Assembly: GCA_963822585.1 (NCBI GenBank)
Contig: CAWGIE010000026.1
Coordinates: 1-64,000 of the forward strand
DNA length: 64,000 nt
From: an uncultured bacterium
GTDB taxonomy: Bacteria > Auribacterota > Erginobacteria > Erginobacterales > Erginobacteraceae
Direction: 5' to 3'
Shown: positions 18,068-26,465 of the stretch, one piece after another
Layout: the number at the start of each line of letters is the position of its first letter
How positions within the stretch are numbered: position 1 is the first letter of the stretch
The notes under the pieces: generated by a model
Databases searched by the model: none
What the model was told of the DNA's origin: nothing
Seen by the model: only the letters and a program-made list of their open reading frames with translations
Position numbers and translations under genes: made by a program

Positions 18068-19999
18068 ATGGAAGAAAAGAAAAAATCGGGGCTGCAGAAG
18101 GATATCTCCTCTATTTTTGCCGGCCTGGAGGATATAGACAACGGCCGCGAGGATAAATCCATGTCCCCCCCGGAGTCTCCCGCGCCCTCCCCGGACTCCC
18201 CCGCGCCCTCCCCGGAGTCGCCCATGCCCCCCGCGGATGAGATTCCTCCGATCCCCTCCGACGGGGAAGAAGAGGAGGCGATGGCAGCCCCCGTGTCCGC
18301 CGGACTGCCCCCGATCCTCTCCGGGCCCCAGACTCCGGCATCCCTTGTTTGGGGAGGGAATTTCCCCAAACGCCGGAATTCCTATATCGGTCTCGATGTC
18401 GGAACATCTTCGATCAAAATTATCCAGATCTACCCGGTTTCGGGCGGATGGGAAGTCGGTGGTTATGCCGTCCAGGAGTTTCAGTCGGGACCGGGAGGCG
18501 GAAACCTTTTTGAAACCGATGTCATTGCCCGGAATCTGAAGGAGATCTTTTCCACGACCGGGGCTTCCCGGAGCGGTGTCGTCTGTTCGCTGCGGGGGGA
18601 GCGGGTAAATACCAGTTTGATCCAGCTGGCACGGATGCCGAAGGGAGAACTGGAAAGCGCCTGCCGGCTGGAAGCCGGCCGCCGGGTCACTTTCAATATC
18701 GACAAGGCTTTAATCCAGAATAACGTCGTCTCCCAGGAGACGGTCCGACCCGGAACAAAGTTGAATTATATCGTTACCGCGGTCAGCCGGGAAACGGTCA
18801 GCCGTATCCTGGGGGTTCTCCGCCAGACTGGTCTCCAGGTCGCCGCTCTGCTCCCTCTTCCCTTCGCCTGGAAGGACTTTCTCCGGTCCATTATCGGCTG
18901 CGACGAAGGGACTGCGTCCGCGGTCGTCGATGTCGGTTCCGCGCGGACCCTGGTCTCCATCTACAAGGGGGATCGGCTCCATTTCAGCCGGGAATTTGAC
19001 ACGGGGGGACGGCAGGTCACGGAGGCCATCATTCAGGCCGCCACGACATTCGGAGCGCAGGGAAAGATGTCATGGGTCGAGGCGGAAAAAATCAAGAGGA
19101 CGACGGATCTTTTCCAGGAGAACGGCGCCCAGCCGCTGAAGAACAATTTGACGGTCTTCCAGGTCGGGAGCATGGTCCGTCCGGTGCTGGAGAAGATTGT
19201 CCAGGAGACCAAGCGGTCCCTGGATTATTACGGCCAGCTGTACCGGAAAGAAGAAGTGAGCCGGGTGTATCTCTGCGGGGGGGCCGTGTTGTTACCGGGG
19301 TTCGAACAGTTCTTTAAAGAACGGATGCGCTCGCCGGTTGAGCTTCTCCGGCTCAGCGACCGGATTAAACTCCACAGCTCGGTTGCCTCGGAAGAGGAAG
19401 CGCGCTCCGTTTTCCCCCGCCTGGCGCGGGCGGCCGCCCTTTCCGCCAGCCGGAAATGGGAGATCAATTTCATCCCTCCCATGGATAAGATCCTGCAGAA
19501 TATTCTTCGCCGGAAGAGCCTCATCATCATCCCCGTGCTGGCTCTCTTTATCATCAGTTTCCTGTTTTATAGATCGGAGGCCGCCCTGATACCTCAGCAG
19601 AAAAAAATCGTGGCCGTGAAAGAAAAACAACTGGAAGGCCTCCAGGTGGACCTGGAACCGTACCAGGTTCTGTCGGGCTTGGAAAAGCAGCTGACCGCCC
19701 GGGAAAAAGTTGGTCTCTATTCCACGCATCGCCAGCCGAACTGGAAAGGAATCATGAAGGAGTTCAGCCGGATCACGCCCCCCACCATGGTCCTCTCCGG
19801 GATCCTGACGCTGGAGGGGGAGGGACCCCAGAGAATACTCTGCAGCGGCCAGGTTCTGCATCCGGAAGCGGCTCTCCGCGCCGGAGTGACCCAGTTTATC
19901 GTGCAGGTGGAGAATTCTCCCTTTTTCCGGGAGGTGGAGAAAATTTCCGAAGACATCGACAACGGAACGTTCAGTTTCAGCTGTACTTTAATTTACTGA
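18068..19999 (+). CDS. pilM: PilM (actin-like)-PilN fusion with a Pro-rich N-terminal extension
   Basis: IGLDVGTSSIK, VVDVGSART, GG...TEAI, LCGG..L.G, then EINFIP (PilN INLLP-like), one TM helix and a PilN-like periplasmic domain (ENSPFF). Confidence 0.85.
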   Translation: MEEKKKSGLQKDISSIFAGLEDIDNGREDKSMSPPESPAPSPDSPAPSPESPMPPADEIPPIPSDGEEEEAMAAPVSAGLPPILSGPQTPASLVWGGNFPKRRNSYIGLDVGTSSIKIIQIYPVSGGWEVGGYAVQEFQSGPGGGNLFETDVIARNLKEIFSTTGASRSGVVCSLRGERVNTSLIQLARMPKGELESACRLEAGRRVTFNIDKALIQNNVVSQETVRPGTKLNYIVTAVSRETVSRILGVLRQTGLQVAALLPLPFAWKDFLRSIIGCDEGTASAVVDVGSARTLVSIYKGDRLHFSREFDTGGRQVTEAIIQAATTFGAQGKMSWVEAEKIKRTTDLFQENGAQPLKNNLTVFQVGSMVRPVLEKIVQETKRSLDYYGQLYRKEEVSRVYLCGGAVLLPGFEQFFKERMRSPVELLRLSDRIKLHSSVASEEEARSVFPRLARAAALSASRKWEINFIPPMDKILQNILRRKSLIIIPVLALFIISFLFYRSEAALIPQQKKIVAVKEKQLEGLQVDLEPYQVLSGLEKQLTAREKVGLYSTHRQPNWKGIMKEFSRITPPTMVLSGILTLEGEGPQRILCSGQVLHPEAALRAGVTQFIVQVENSPFFREVEKISEDIDNGTFSFSCTLIY

Positions 20000-20031
20000 G
20001 CCGCCTTCCGGCGGCTCAGTAAATTAAAGTA
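19984..20031. repeat. Perfect 22-bp inverted repeat overlapping the pilM/N stop
   Basis: tactttaatttactgagccgcc-ttcc-ggcggctcagtaaattaaagta. Confidence 0.9.
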
Positions 20032-20175
20032 GTTTAATATTATTTTTCGCAGAAAAATAATAGATGGATCGATGTTGGCGATCCATAAAGTATAACCGTG
20101 ATGGTAATTGATGGCGGTGGTGAGGAATACCTTTTGTGGGGGCGCCTTCAAGAAGACAGCAATGTTTAACCAATA

Positions 20176-20204
20176 GCCCCACCGATTGAATCAATCGGTG
20201 GGGC
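20176..20204. repeat. Palindrome related to the one at 55046
   Basis: gccccaccgattga-a-tcaatcggtggggc. Confidence 0.75.
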
Positions 20205-20239
20205 CGGTAAAATTTTTCGCCGCAGGCGAATAAATTTTA

Positions 20240-20800
20240 ATGAACTATACGCAAAAAGCGCTGGGCATTCTCTTCGGGGTTATTCTCCTGCTGGTTCTTT
20301 TCTGGCTGTTTATCTACAGCCCGGTATCCAGTGAACTGGATCGGCTGCAGGAGCAGGCGAAAGAGATTGACGGGAAAATCGCCGCCACCCGGGAGAAACA
20401 TGCGGGGCTCCCCGGTGTCCAGGACAAGATAGCATCCGCCCGGAAGAGATTGGAGCGGCTGGAAGTCCAGTATCCCCGGACCATCGAGCTGGTTTACCAG
20501 GCGATCACCGATGCGTCCCGTGAGGTCGGCCTGCGGATCTCCAACCGCCAGCTGGAGGAAAAGCCCGTCGAAGACGAGGGAAGCGCCCTGCGCGAATATG
20601 CCATACAGATAACCGCCCATTGCCCCTATAATGTTCTGGGAGATTTTCTGGGAAGGGTCGTCCATTCACCGATGATTATCTCGTTCACCTCTTTGACCGT
20701 TTCGACGGACCCGGCAAACCCTCCGAGAAAAAAAGGGGGACGAGATCTTCGGGTGGATATGAAACTGATTACGTACCTGAGCAAGGCTGACGGCTCATAA
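20240..20800 (+). CDS. pilO: PilO-like type IV pilus assembly protein
   Basis: N-terminal TM + YSP, coiled coil, Y..LGDFL..V...P, ends in TY; follows pilMN. Confidence 0.8.
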   Translation: MNYTQKALGILFGVILLLVLFWLFIYSPVSSELDRLQEQAKEIDGKIAATREKHAGLPGVQDKIASARKRLERLEVQYPRTIELVYQAITDASREVGLRISNRQLEEKPVEDEGSALREYAIQITAHCPYNVLGDFLGRVVHSPMIISFTSLTVSTDPANPPRKKGGRDLRVDMKLITYLSKADGS

Positions 20801-20934
20801 AATCCAGGGTTCAGGGTCTGTTTTTGCTATCGTTCTTTTTGCTCGAAATTGTCAGGTAGCTTTATATTGGACGATGGAAAGGTAAAAATCGTTTTGATTA
20901 AAGATAATCTATTTTTTTCCGGAGGAAAAAAATA

Positions 20935-21447
20935 TTGGATAAGAAGAAAAAAGAAATCATCATGATCGGCATTCTGGTCCCGGTCCTGGGGTTTGTCCTT
21001 TATAACAGCCTGAGTAGCGTCTCCAAGAAAAAGAAACCGAGCGCCGCCACGGTTGAGGAAGCCGCCCCCCTGGTCGTTGAAGCGCCGGCAAAGGCCGCCG
21101 CCGTGAAAACGACCAGGAAAGAGGGTGTCGCCGAACTGCCGCCGCTCGATGAGAAACTGGTCCGGCAACAGGAGGTCATCGCTGACGGTCCCTGGGGGAG
21201 AGATCCTTTTTCCCCTCCGCCGGTTGCTGAAACCGACCAGCGCCCCGAAAACTGGAAAGATTTTAAACTGAGCGGGATTATCCCCGGTCTGGCCGCGACG
21301 ATCAACGGCGAGCCGGTGGGGATGGGGGAAGACTTCGAAGGTTACCGTCTTCGCGAAGTGGGAAATGATGGAATTACGCTGGAAAAAGACGATCAATCGT
21401 TTATACTCACGATGCCCGAGGAATATCCTGATGAAAAAAAGAAATGA
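20935..21447 (+). CDS. PilP/GspC-like accessory protein
   Basis: N-terminal TM, WGRDPF, LSGI....A.ING..V..G...EGY.L.E; lies between pilO and the secretin; TTG start with GGAGG RBS. Confidence 0.7.
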   Translation: MDKKKKEIIMIGILVPVLGFVLYNSLSSVSKKKKPSAATVEEAAPLVVEAPAKAAAVKTTRKEGVAELPPLDEKLVRQQEVIADGPWGRDPFSPPPVAETDQRPENWKDFKLSGIIPGLAATINGEPVGMGEDFEGYRLREVGNDGITLEKDDQSFILTMPEEYPDEKKK

Positions 21448-23878
21448 TATGCCGATGTCCGGTTTGATCCTGCTGCTGGTAGTTTTTTTTGCGGTGGTCG
21501 GCTTCTTCCCCTACCAATCCCTTTACTGTGCCCCGGAGATGGATAAGGAACTGCTCCTGGCCATGGAAAAGATTAAGGCGGAGATGCAGGATAACGGAGA
21601 GGTGTCCGACCCGGCGCCCGTCAGTCCGTCCGCCCCCGCTTCGGAGACGGTGCTTTCCATTGAAGAATCAGAGACCGTTCCTGTTCTCGCGCCTGCCACC
21701 GGCGAGGGCGCCGTCCCTGAAGAGGGAACCGCGCTGGAATCGTCCCCTGCCGGTGAGGGCGCCGTCCCTGAAGAGGGAATCGCGCTGGAATCACCCGCCG
21801 AGGCCGCGTCGGGCATGCCGAAGTCTTCCATCGTTCCCTCGCCTCCTCCGCAGGTGCCCGAGCCGGCCGATGTCAACGTCAAGGAAAAGCTGGAAAAACG
21901 AGGCAGCCTGAAGTTCGTGGACGAGGACATCCGGGTTGTCCTGCGCAGCCTGGCTAAGGCGTATGGCTTCAACGTCACCCTGGCGCCGGAGGTGCAGGGA
22001 AAGGTCACGGTCGATTTTACCGATGTCAAAATCATCGACGCCCTGGAGACGATCCTGATCGACCAGGGACTGGGCTATCAGATAACGGGGAGTATCATCC
22101 GGGTGACCTCACTGGAGAAAATCCAGGAAGAGACGGCGGCCGAGGCTACCCGGCAGGCCTCCGCCGCCCAAAGGGCGCTCGAGGAAGCGAAGAAGCGCCA
22201 GGCCCAGGAGCAGGCGGAGCCGTTGGTGGTCCAGATATTTAAACTCAAGTATATCGATGCCAATGACGCGAAAGAGGCGATTATGCCCATGGTCAGCGGC
22301 CGGGGCAAGGCGATGGTCCTGAAGACCCAGCAGTACCGCGGGTTTGAGTTTGAAGCTACGGAAAAATTCGGTGCCACGGAGGCGGATCAAGAGAAGTCCG
22401 AGTTTGTCAGATCCCGCATCCTGATTGTCCAGGATATCAAGACTGTTTTAATCAGGATTGCGCAGGTAATAGAAAAAATAGATCAAAAACCCCCCCAGAT
22501 TTTAATCGATGCCAAGGTCCTGGAGGTCCCGGTGGATCAGGAATTCCGCCTCGGGATCAACTGGACGCAAGCCCTTAACCAGTGGCAGGTCGGCGCCTCG
22601 GATCTGACGGGGATATTGACCCGGGGATATGACCAATCGAAATCGTCGGAGAATACGAACAGCCGCAATTGGGGCGATGAATACGAGGTGGGACGAACCT
22701 CGGCGGTGGGAGAGGACCGCCTGACGTATGACCAGGGAGACGCGCAGAATGGCGATACGTCCGGCCGGTTGAGCTACGCCGGGAGCGGGTATCCCACCAG
22801 CGGGGGGGGGGGCATCAGTATCCCCGACCTCTATAATTTTACCATACCCACCAACTCCGGGGGCGGACCTTTTCAGCAGAACATGGCCTGGCGGGCGGCG
22901 GTCGAGAATGACGTCCGGGCGTCCGGCTGGGCTGATGAGTTCTACTCCCGGATCGAGGACACCGAGACCAAGCGGAACTTCGATAACTACCTGAACGGCA
23001 TTGCCGATACACTGACCAAACTGACGACATCCGGCCAGACCTACGGTGCCGTTCTGGGCGCGACGGACTTTAGTCTGATGTTGAGCGCGATGAAGACGGA
23101 TTCCAATATCGTTATCCTCTCCAATCCCCGGATCACCGTTCATGAAAATTACACGGCCAAGATATTTATCGGGAAGCGTTATCCGATTCTGAAGACCGAG
23201 GTCAGCGGTGAAAGTGGAGGAACGGTCGGAGGAACGTCAGTCGATGTCTGGCAGGAGATCGGGATAACGCTGAAAGTGATTCCCCAGGTCCGGGAAATTA
23301 TGTCGGGAGAGAAGGGGATAAACATGATCGTTCACCCGGCGGTGAGCGATTATAATGAATACGCGGTGGCATACGATACGCAGGGCAACCCCTTCAAAAC
23401 CGCCTACCCGATCATAAAAATTCGCGAAGCGGATACCAATGTCACCATCAAAGACGGCGATACGATCGTTATCGGTGGTCTGATCGAGAGTTATAAGAAT
23501 GATGAAGAATCCAAAATTCCCCTTCTCGGCGATATACCTATTCTTGGATACCTCTTCAAGGAGGAGCATACTGAACTGAGAAAGACGAACCTCTTAATCT
23601 TTATAACCGCAAAAATCGTTACTGAAGACACGCCTTTGTCCGCCTACGAGAAAATCATGCTGGAGAAAACGCCGCCGGACGCCCTCGAGGACGTCCGCTA
23701 TACCGAGGATGACCAGGTGAGGCCCTATCTTTACAAGAGCACGAAAGAGCCGCAGCCTCCCCAGCCCGAAGCGGAAGAGAAAGAAGAAAGCGGGAGCACG
23801 ATCGAGGAGAAGGAAGGGAACAAGGGTGATTTCGGGGGCAGGGTACTCACCAAAGCGATGACGAGGAGTCGACGATGA
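21431..23878 (+). CDS. pilQ: Secretin (PilQ/GspD family)
   Basis: LKFVDEDIRVVL (N0), FKLKY.DA, IDQKPPQILIDAKVLEV, LGINW, LSNPRI, GITLKVIP, DGDTIVIGGLI, KIPLLGDIPILGYLFK, LLIFIT; start uncertain. Confidence 0.92.
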   Translation: MKKRNDMPMSGLILLLVVFFAVVGFFPYQSLYCAPEMDKELLLAMEKIKAEMQDNGEVSDPAPVSPSAPASETVLSIEESETVPVLAPATGEGAVPEEGTALESSPAGEGAVPEEGIALESPAEAASGMPKSSIVPSPPPQVPEPADVNVKEKLEKRGSLKFVDEDIRVVLRSLAKAYGFNVTLAPEVQGKVTVDFTDVKIIDALETILIDQGLGYQITGSIIRVTSLEKIQEETAAEATRQASAAQRALEEAKKRQAQEQAEPLVVQIFKLKYIDANDAKEAIMPMVSGRGKAMVLKTQQYRGFEFEATEKFGATEADQEKSEFVRSRILIVQDIKTVLIRIAQVIEKIDQKPPQILIDAKVLEVPVDQEFRLGINWTQALNQWQVGASDLTGILTRGYDQSKSSENTNSRNWGDEYEVGRTSAVGEDRLTYDQGDAQNGDTSGRLSYAGSGYPTSGGGGISIPDLYNFTIPTNSGGGPFQQNMAWRAAVENDVRASGWADEFYSRIEDTETKRNFDNYLNGIADTLTKLTTSGQTYGAVLGATDFSLMLSAMKTDSNIVILSNPRITVHENYTAKIFIGKRYPILKTEVSGESGGTVGGTSVDVWQEIGITLKVIPQVREIMSGEKGINMIVHPAVSDYNEYAVAYDTQGNPFKTAYPIIKIREADTNVTIKDGDTIVIGGLIESYKNDEESKIPLLGDIPILGYLFKEEHTELRKTNLLIFITAKIVTEDTPLSAYEKIMLEKTPPDALEDVRYTEDDQVRPYLYKSTKEPQPPQPEAEEKEESGSTIEEKEGNKGDFGGRVLTKAMTRSRR
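21701..21800 (+). repeat. Two-copy 51-bp coding repeat in the secretin N-terminal linker
   Basis: GEGAVPEEGTALESSPA / GEGAVPEEGIALESPA. Confidence 0.85.
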
Positions 23879-24096
23879 CTGCCTTTATACTGATTGGTGC
23901 CATCGTCTTAATATCGGGGGTCATGTTCCTGGTCGCGCCCGGAGCGTTGGTGAAAGTAAGCTCTTTGCTCAACCAGATCGTGACCACCGATCACAAGACG
24001 ATGAAATACCGGATCTCCGTGGGCTTGGTCTTTATAGTTATCGGCATCTTCTTCCTATTCATGGCCTACTATATCTCCAATTCCCGGCTGATCTGA
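23875..24096 (+). CDS. Small two-TM membrane protein
   Basis: ATGA overlap with the secretin stop, AGGAG RBS, two hydrophobic helices. Confidence 0.75.
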   Translation: MTAFILIGAIVLISGVMFLVAPGALVKVSSLLNQIVTTDHKTMKYRISVGLVFIVIGIFFLFMAYYISNSRLI

Positions 24097-24122
24097 AAAA
24101 TTAATTTTTACAGGCGGATTAA

Positions 24123-24216
24123 ACCACGAAGGGCACGAAGTACACGAAGAGATTATATCGGGACACCAGACTCTCTTGATAAGCCTTCTTCGTGTTCTTC
24201 GTGATCTTCATGGTGA
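24123..24216. repeat. Family B hairpin: (CACGAAGNN)n ... (NNCTTCGTG)n
   Basis: accacgaagggcacgaagtacacgaag ... cttcgtgttcttcgtgatcttcatggtg. Confidence 0.9.
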
Positions 24217-26051
24217 AATATAATATTTTTAAATACCGGCTTGCTCTGCTCCTCCTCACCGAACTGCTTATTCTCTGGTTCTATATAACGCCCCTTCTCC
24301 CCGGCACTATTCCGACCCTGCGCGCTAAATCCCCGGGGTTTCCCCTGGACGACAGCTGGATCTACGCCGCTTTCGCGCGGATGTTCGTTGCCCATGGGGA
24401 AATCGCCTTTAACCCGGGCCATACTTCCGTCGGCTTTACCAGCAGCCTCTGGTTTCTTCTTCTCTGCCTGGGCCGGGTAGCGGGGTTGCCGGCTGTGGGC
24501 TGGAGCCTTTTTTTAGGATCCATCGCCCAATTCATCCTGGCCGTGGCGATGGGTTCTCTCGTCTTCCCTTTTCTGATTTCTGTGGGAGAGGCTTCCAGCT
24601 TCGATCGGGGAAGCCGGGAGATCGGGCCTGGAAGGCCCTCCCACAGTAGTCGGGAAATGAGGTCAGGGCGCTCCGCGCTCTGCGCTCTGCCCTCTGCACT
24701 ATGCGCTCTGCTGTCCGTCCTGGTCCTCCTCTGCGGTCCTCTCGTCTGGTACAGTCTTTCCGGGATGGAGACAAGCGCGTTCCTGACCATCGGGGTCCTG
24801 GCGATTCTCTTTATGAATCGTGGGCGATATGGATGGGCGGGCTTATTCCTGGGCCTGGTGCTGGTCACCCGTATCGAGGGATGCGTGCTCTGGGTACTGG
24901 GCTTTTTGTATGCCGTTATTGTAGAGTTTCTCGGAGGTCGCACCGGGAGAGATGCCGAAGAGGTAGAGAAGCATAGCGCAAAGGGCATAGCGCAGAGCGC
25001 CCCGGGCCCCGGTTTCAGGCGCTCTGCGCTATGCGCTCTGCACTCTGCGATTCCCCTTCTCCTCATCCCGGCATTTTTTCTCATCTTGGAGCTCTTGAAA
25101 AACCTATATCTCACAGGGACATTCCTTCCGACCACTTTCGCCGGCCGGAAGTGGCTCTCAGTCCCCGCCGGTGGGCGGGGTCTGCTGGCCTATCTCCGAC
25201 TCTGGGGCTATGGGTTCAGGATCAGTCTTCTGCCCCGCTTTCTTCAGCAGGGCCTCTCCCTTGTTCTTTTCTGGATCGGTGTCGGGCTTCTCGCCCTTGT
25301 TTCGCTCCGGCTCATTATTCGAGACGCACTGGGCGATAAAAGAAAAATATCGGGCTTGTTCCTATTTCTGATCTGGGCCATCGGGCATAACCTGGTATAC
25401 GTCATCATGCTCCCCAGCCCGAGCCAGGCCGGCCGTTACCAGGCGATCAATTTTCTCCTTTTCTGGCTGGTTCTTTTTTTGCCGCCTGCCGCCGGTCTGG
25501 TCCGAAAGGCGGCGAAACCGCTCCCCGGTGCGAAGACCGTCGCAGTAATGCTCTCCATTCTCATGGGGGGGATTTTGCTCCTCGATCTCGTCTCCACGCA
25601 TCGGTGGCAGGAGGTGTATCGCACCACCGTCCGGCATATCAATGATGTCCATGTTACGGTAGCCCGCTGGATCGGCACCAACCTCCCCCCCGGCACCCGC
25701 CTGGCCGCCTTCGACATCGGGGCGTTAAAATATTTCTCCCCCGAAACCGAGATCATCGACCTCGGTGGATTGGTGGACCGGGATTTTGCCGATTATCTCC
25801 GCCAGGGGAAGGTGGTGGACTACATGAAAAAACGGGGGGCTGATTACCTGGCCATGGTGGAACTCCAGAGCTCTCCCGGCTGGATATTCGAGAACCTGGG
25901 GATCCTGAACGATCCCCGGCTCAGGCTCCGGCCCCTGTTCGGTATGATGCAGCGGCCGGAGATATACCGCGTTCATTACCAGATCGCGGCCAACACCTTC
26001 CCCAAGATGGTAGTGTACAGGATAGAATGGAGTGATGGAGTGGTGGAGTGA
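24210..26051 (+). CDS. GT-C-fold membrane glycosyltransferase with two repeat-derived in-frame inserts
   Basis: PLDDSWIY..FAR, FNPG..S.G.TS.LW, SGMET, TRIEG, P.T..GR, DIGA..YF...IDL.GL; ATG 24210 preferred. Confidence 0.8.
   Translation: MVKYNIFKYRLALLLLTELLILWFYITPLLPGTIPTLRAKSPGFPLDDSWIYAAFARMFVAHGEIAFNPGHTSVGFTSSLWFLLLCLGRVAGLPAVGWSLFLGSIAQFILAVAMGSLVFPFLISVGEASSFDRGSREIGPGRPSHSSREMRSGRSALCALPSALCALLSVLVLLCGPLVWYSLSGMETSAFLTIGVLAILFMNRGRYGWAGLFLGLVLVTRIEGCVLWVLGFLYAVIVEFLGGRTGRDAEEVEKHSAKGIAQSAPGPGFRRSALCALHSAIPLLLIPAFFLILELLKNLYLTGTFLPTTFAGRKWLSVPAGGRGLLAYLRLWGYGFRISLLPRFLQQGLSLVLFWIGVGLLALVSLRLIIRDALGDKRKISGLFLFLIWAIGHNLVYVIMLPSPSQAGRYQAINFLLFWLVLFLPPAAGLVRKAAKPLPGAKTVAVMLSILMGGILLLDLVSTHRWQEVYRTTVRHINDVHVTVARWIGTNLPPGTRLAAFDIGALKYFSPETEIIDLGGLVDRDFADYLRQGKVVDYMKKRGADYLAMVELQSSPGWIFENLGILNDPRLRLRPLFGMMQRPEIYRVHYQIAANTFPKMVVYRIEWSDGVVE
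24581..24645. repeat. REPIN-like element (two inverted GTGG-type REPs) inside CDS
   Basis: tGTGGgagaggcttccagcttcgat-N15-atcgggcctggaaggccctcCCACa. Confidence 0.85.
24668..24711 (+). repeat. Family F 7-mer array (GCGCTCT) inside CDS
   Basis: gcgctccgcgctctgcgctctgccctctgcactatgcgctctgc; translates as RSALCALPSALCAL. Confidence 0.8.
24970..25049. repeat. Family F hairpin inside CDS
   Basis: agcatagcgcaaagggcatagcgcagagcgcc ... ggcgctctgcgctatgcgctctgcactctgcg. Confidence 0.85.
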
Positions 26052-26465
26052 TGGAGTGGTGTGATGGCCGGTTAGCCGCACAGACAGGAATGTCCGTGTC
26101 ACCGACGGCGGGGTGGCCGCACAGACAGGAATGTCCGTGTCACCTTGGTCGCACAGACAGGAATGTCCGTGTCACCGATTCAACCACGACCCGGGCGGCG
26201 GGGAAAAATGGCGGAGAAACGGGGTTGCTAACCCCGAAGATGTGTCAGCTAATAGTCCCCTCACCCCACCGGGGGAGAGGGTTAGGGTGAGGGGGCGCCG
26301 CGGAGATCTTTTGATTTATTGCCCACTAAGTACATCAACAATGATTGGGATAGAATGAGAAGTAGCTCAGTGATTGCGAAATCTTCGTGTTCTTCGTGGT
26401 TTTAATAGTTCCTATTGCAATGATGAAAACCCAACACTTCATCACTCCCTTACTTCAGCACTCCC
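26027..26465. repeat. Composite of nested palindromic elements
   Basis: Family A left arm 26027-26067; three family E units (26079, 26120, 26152); cccctcacc...ggtgagggg hairpin 26257-26295; family B right arm 26384-26402; degenerate family A right arm 26431-26465. Confidence 0.8.
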
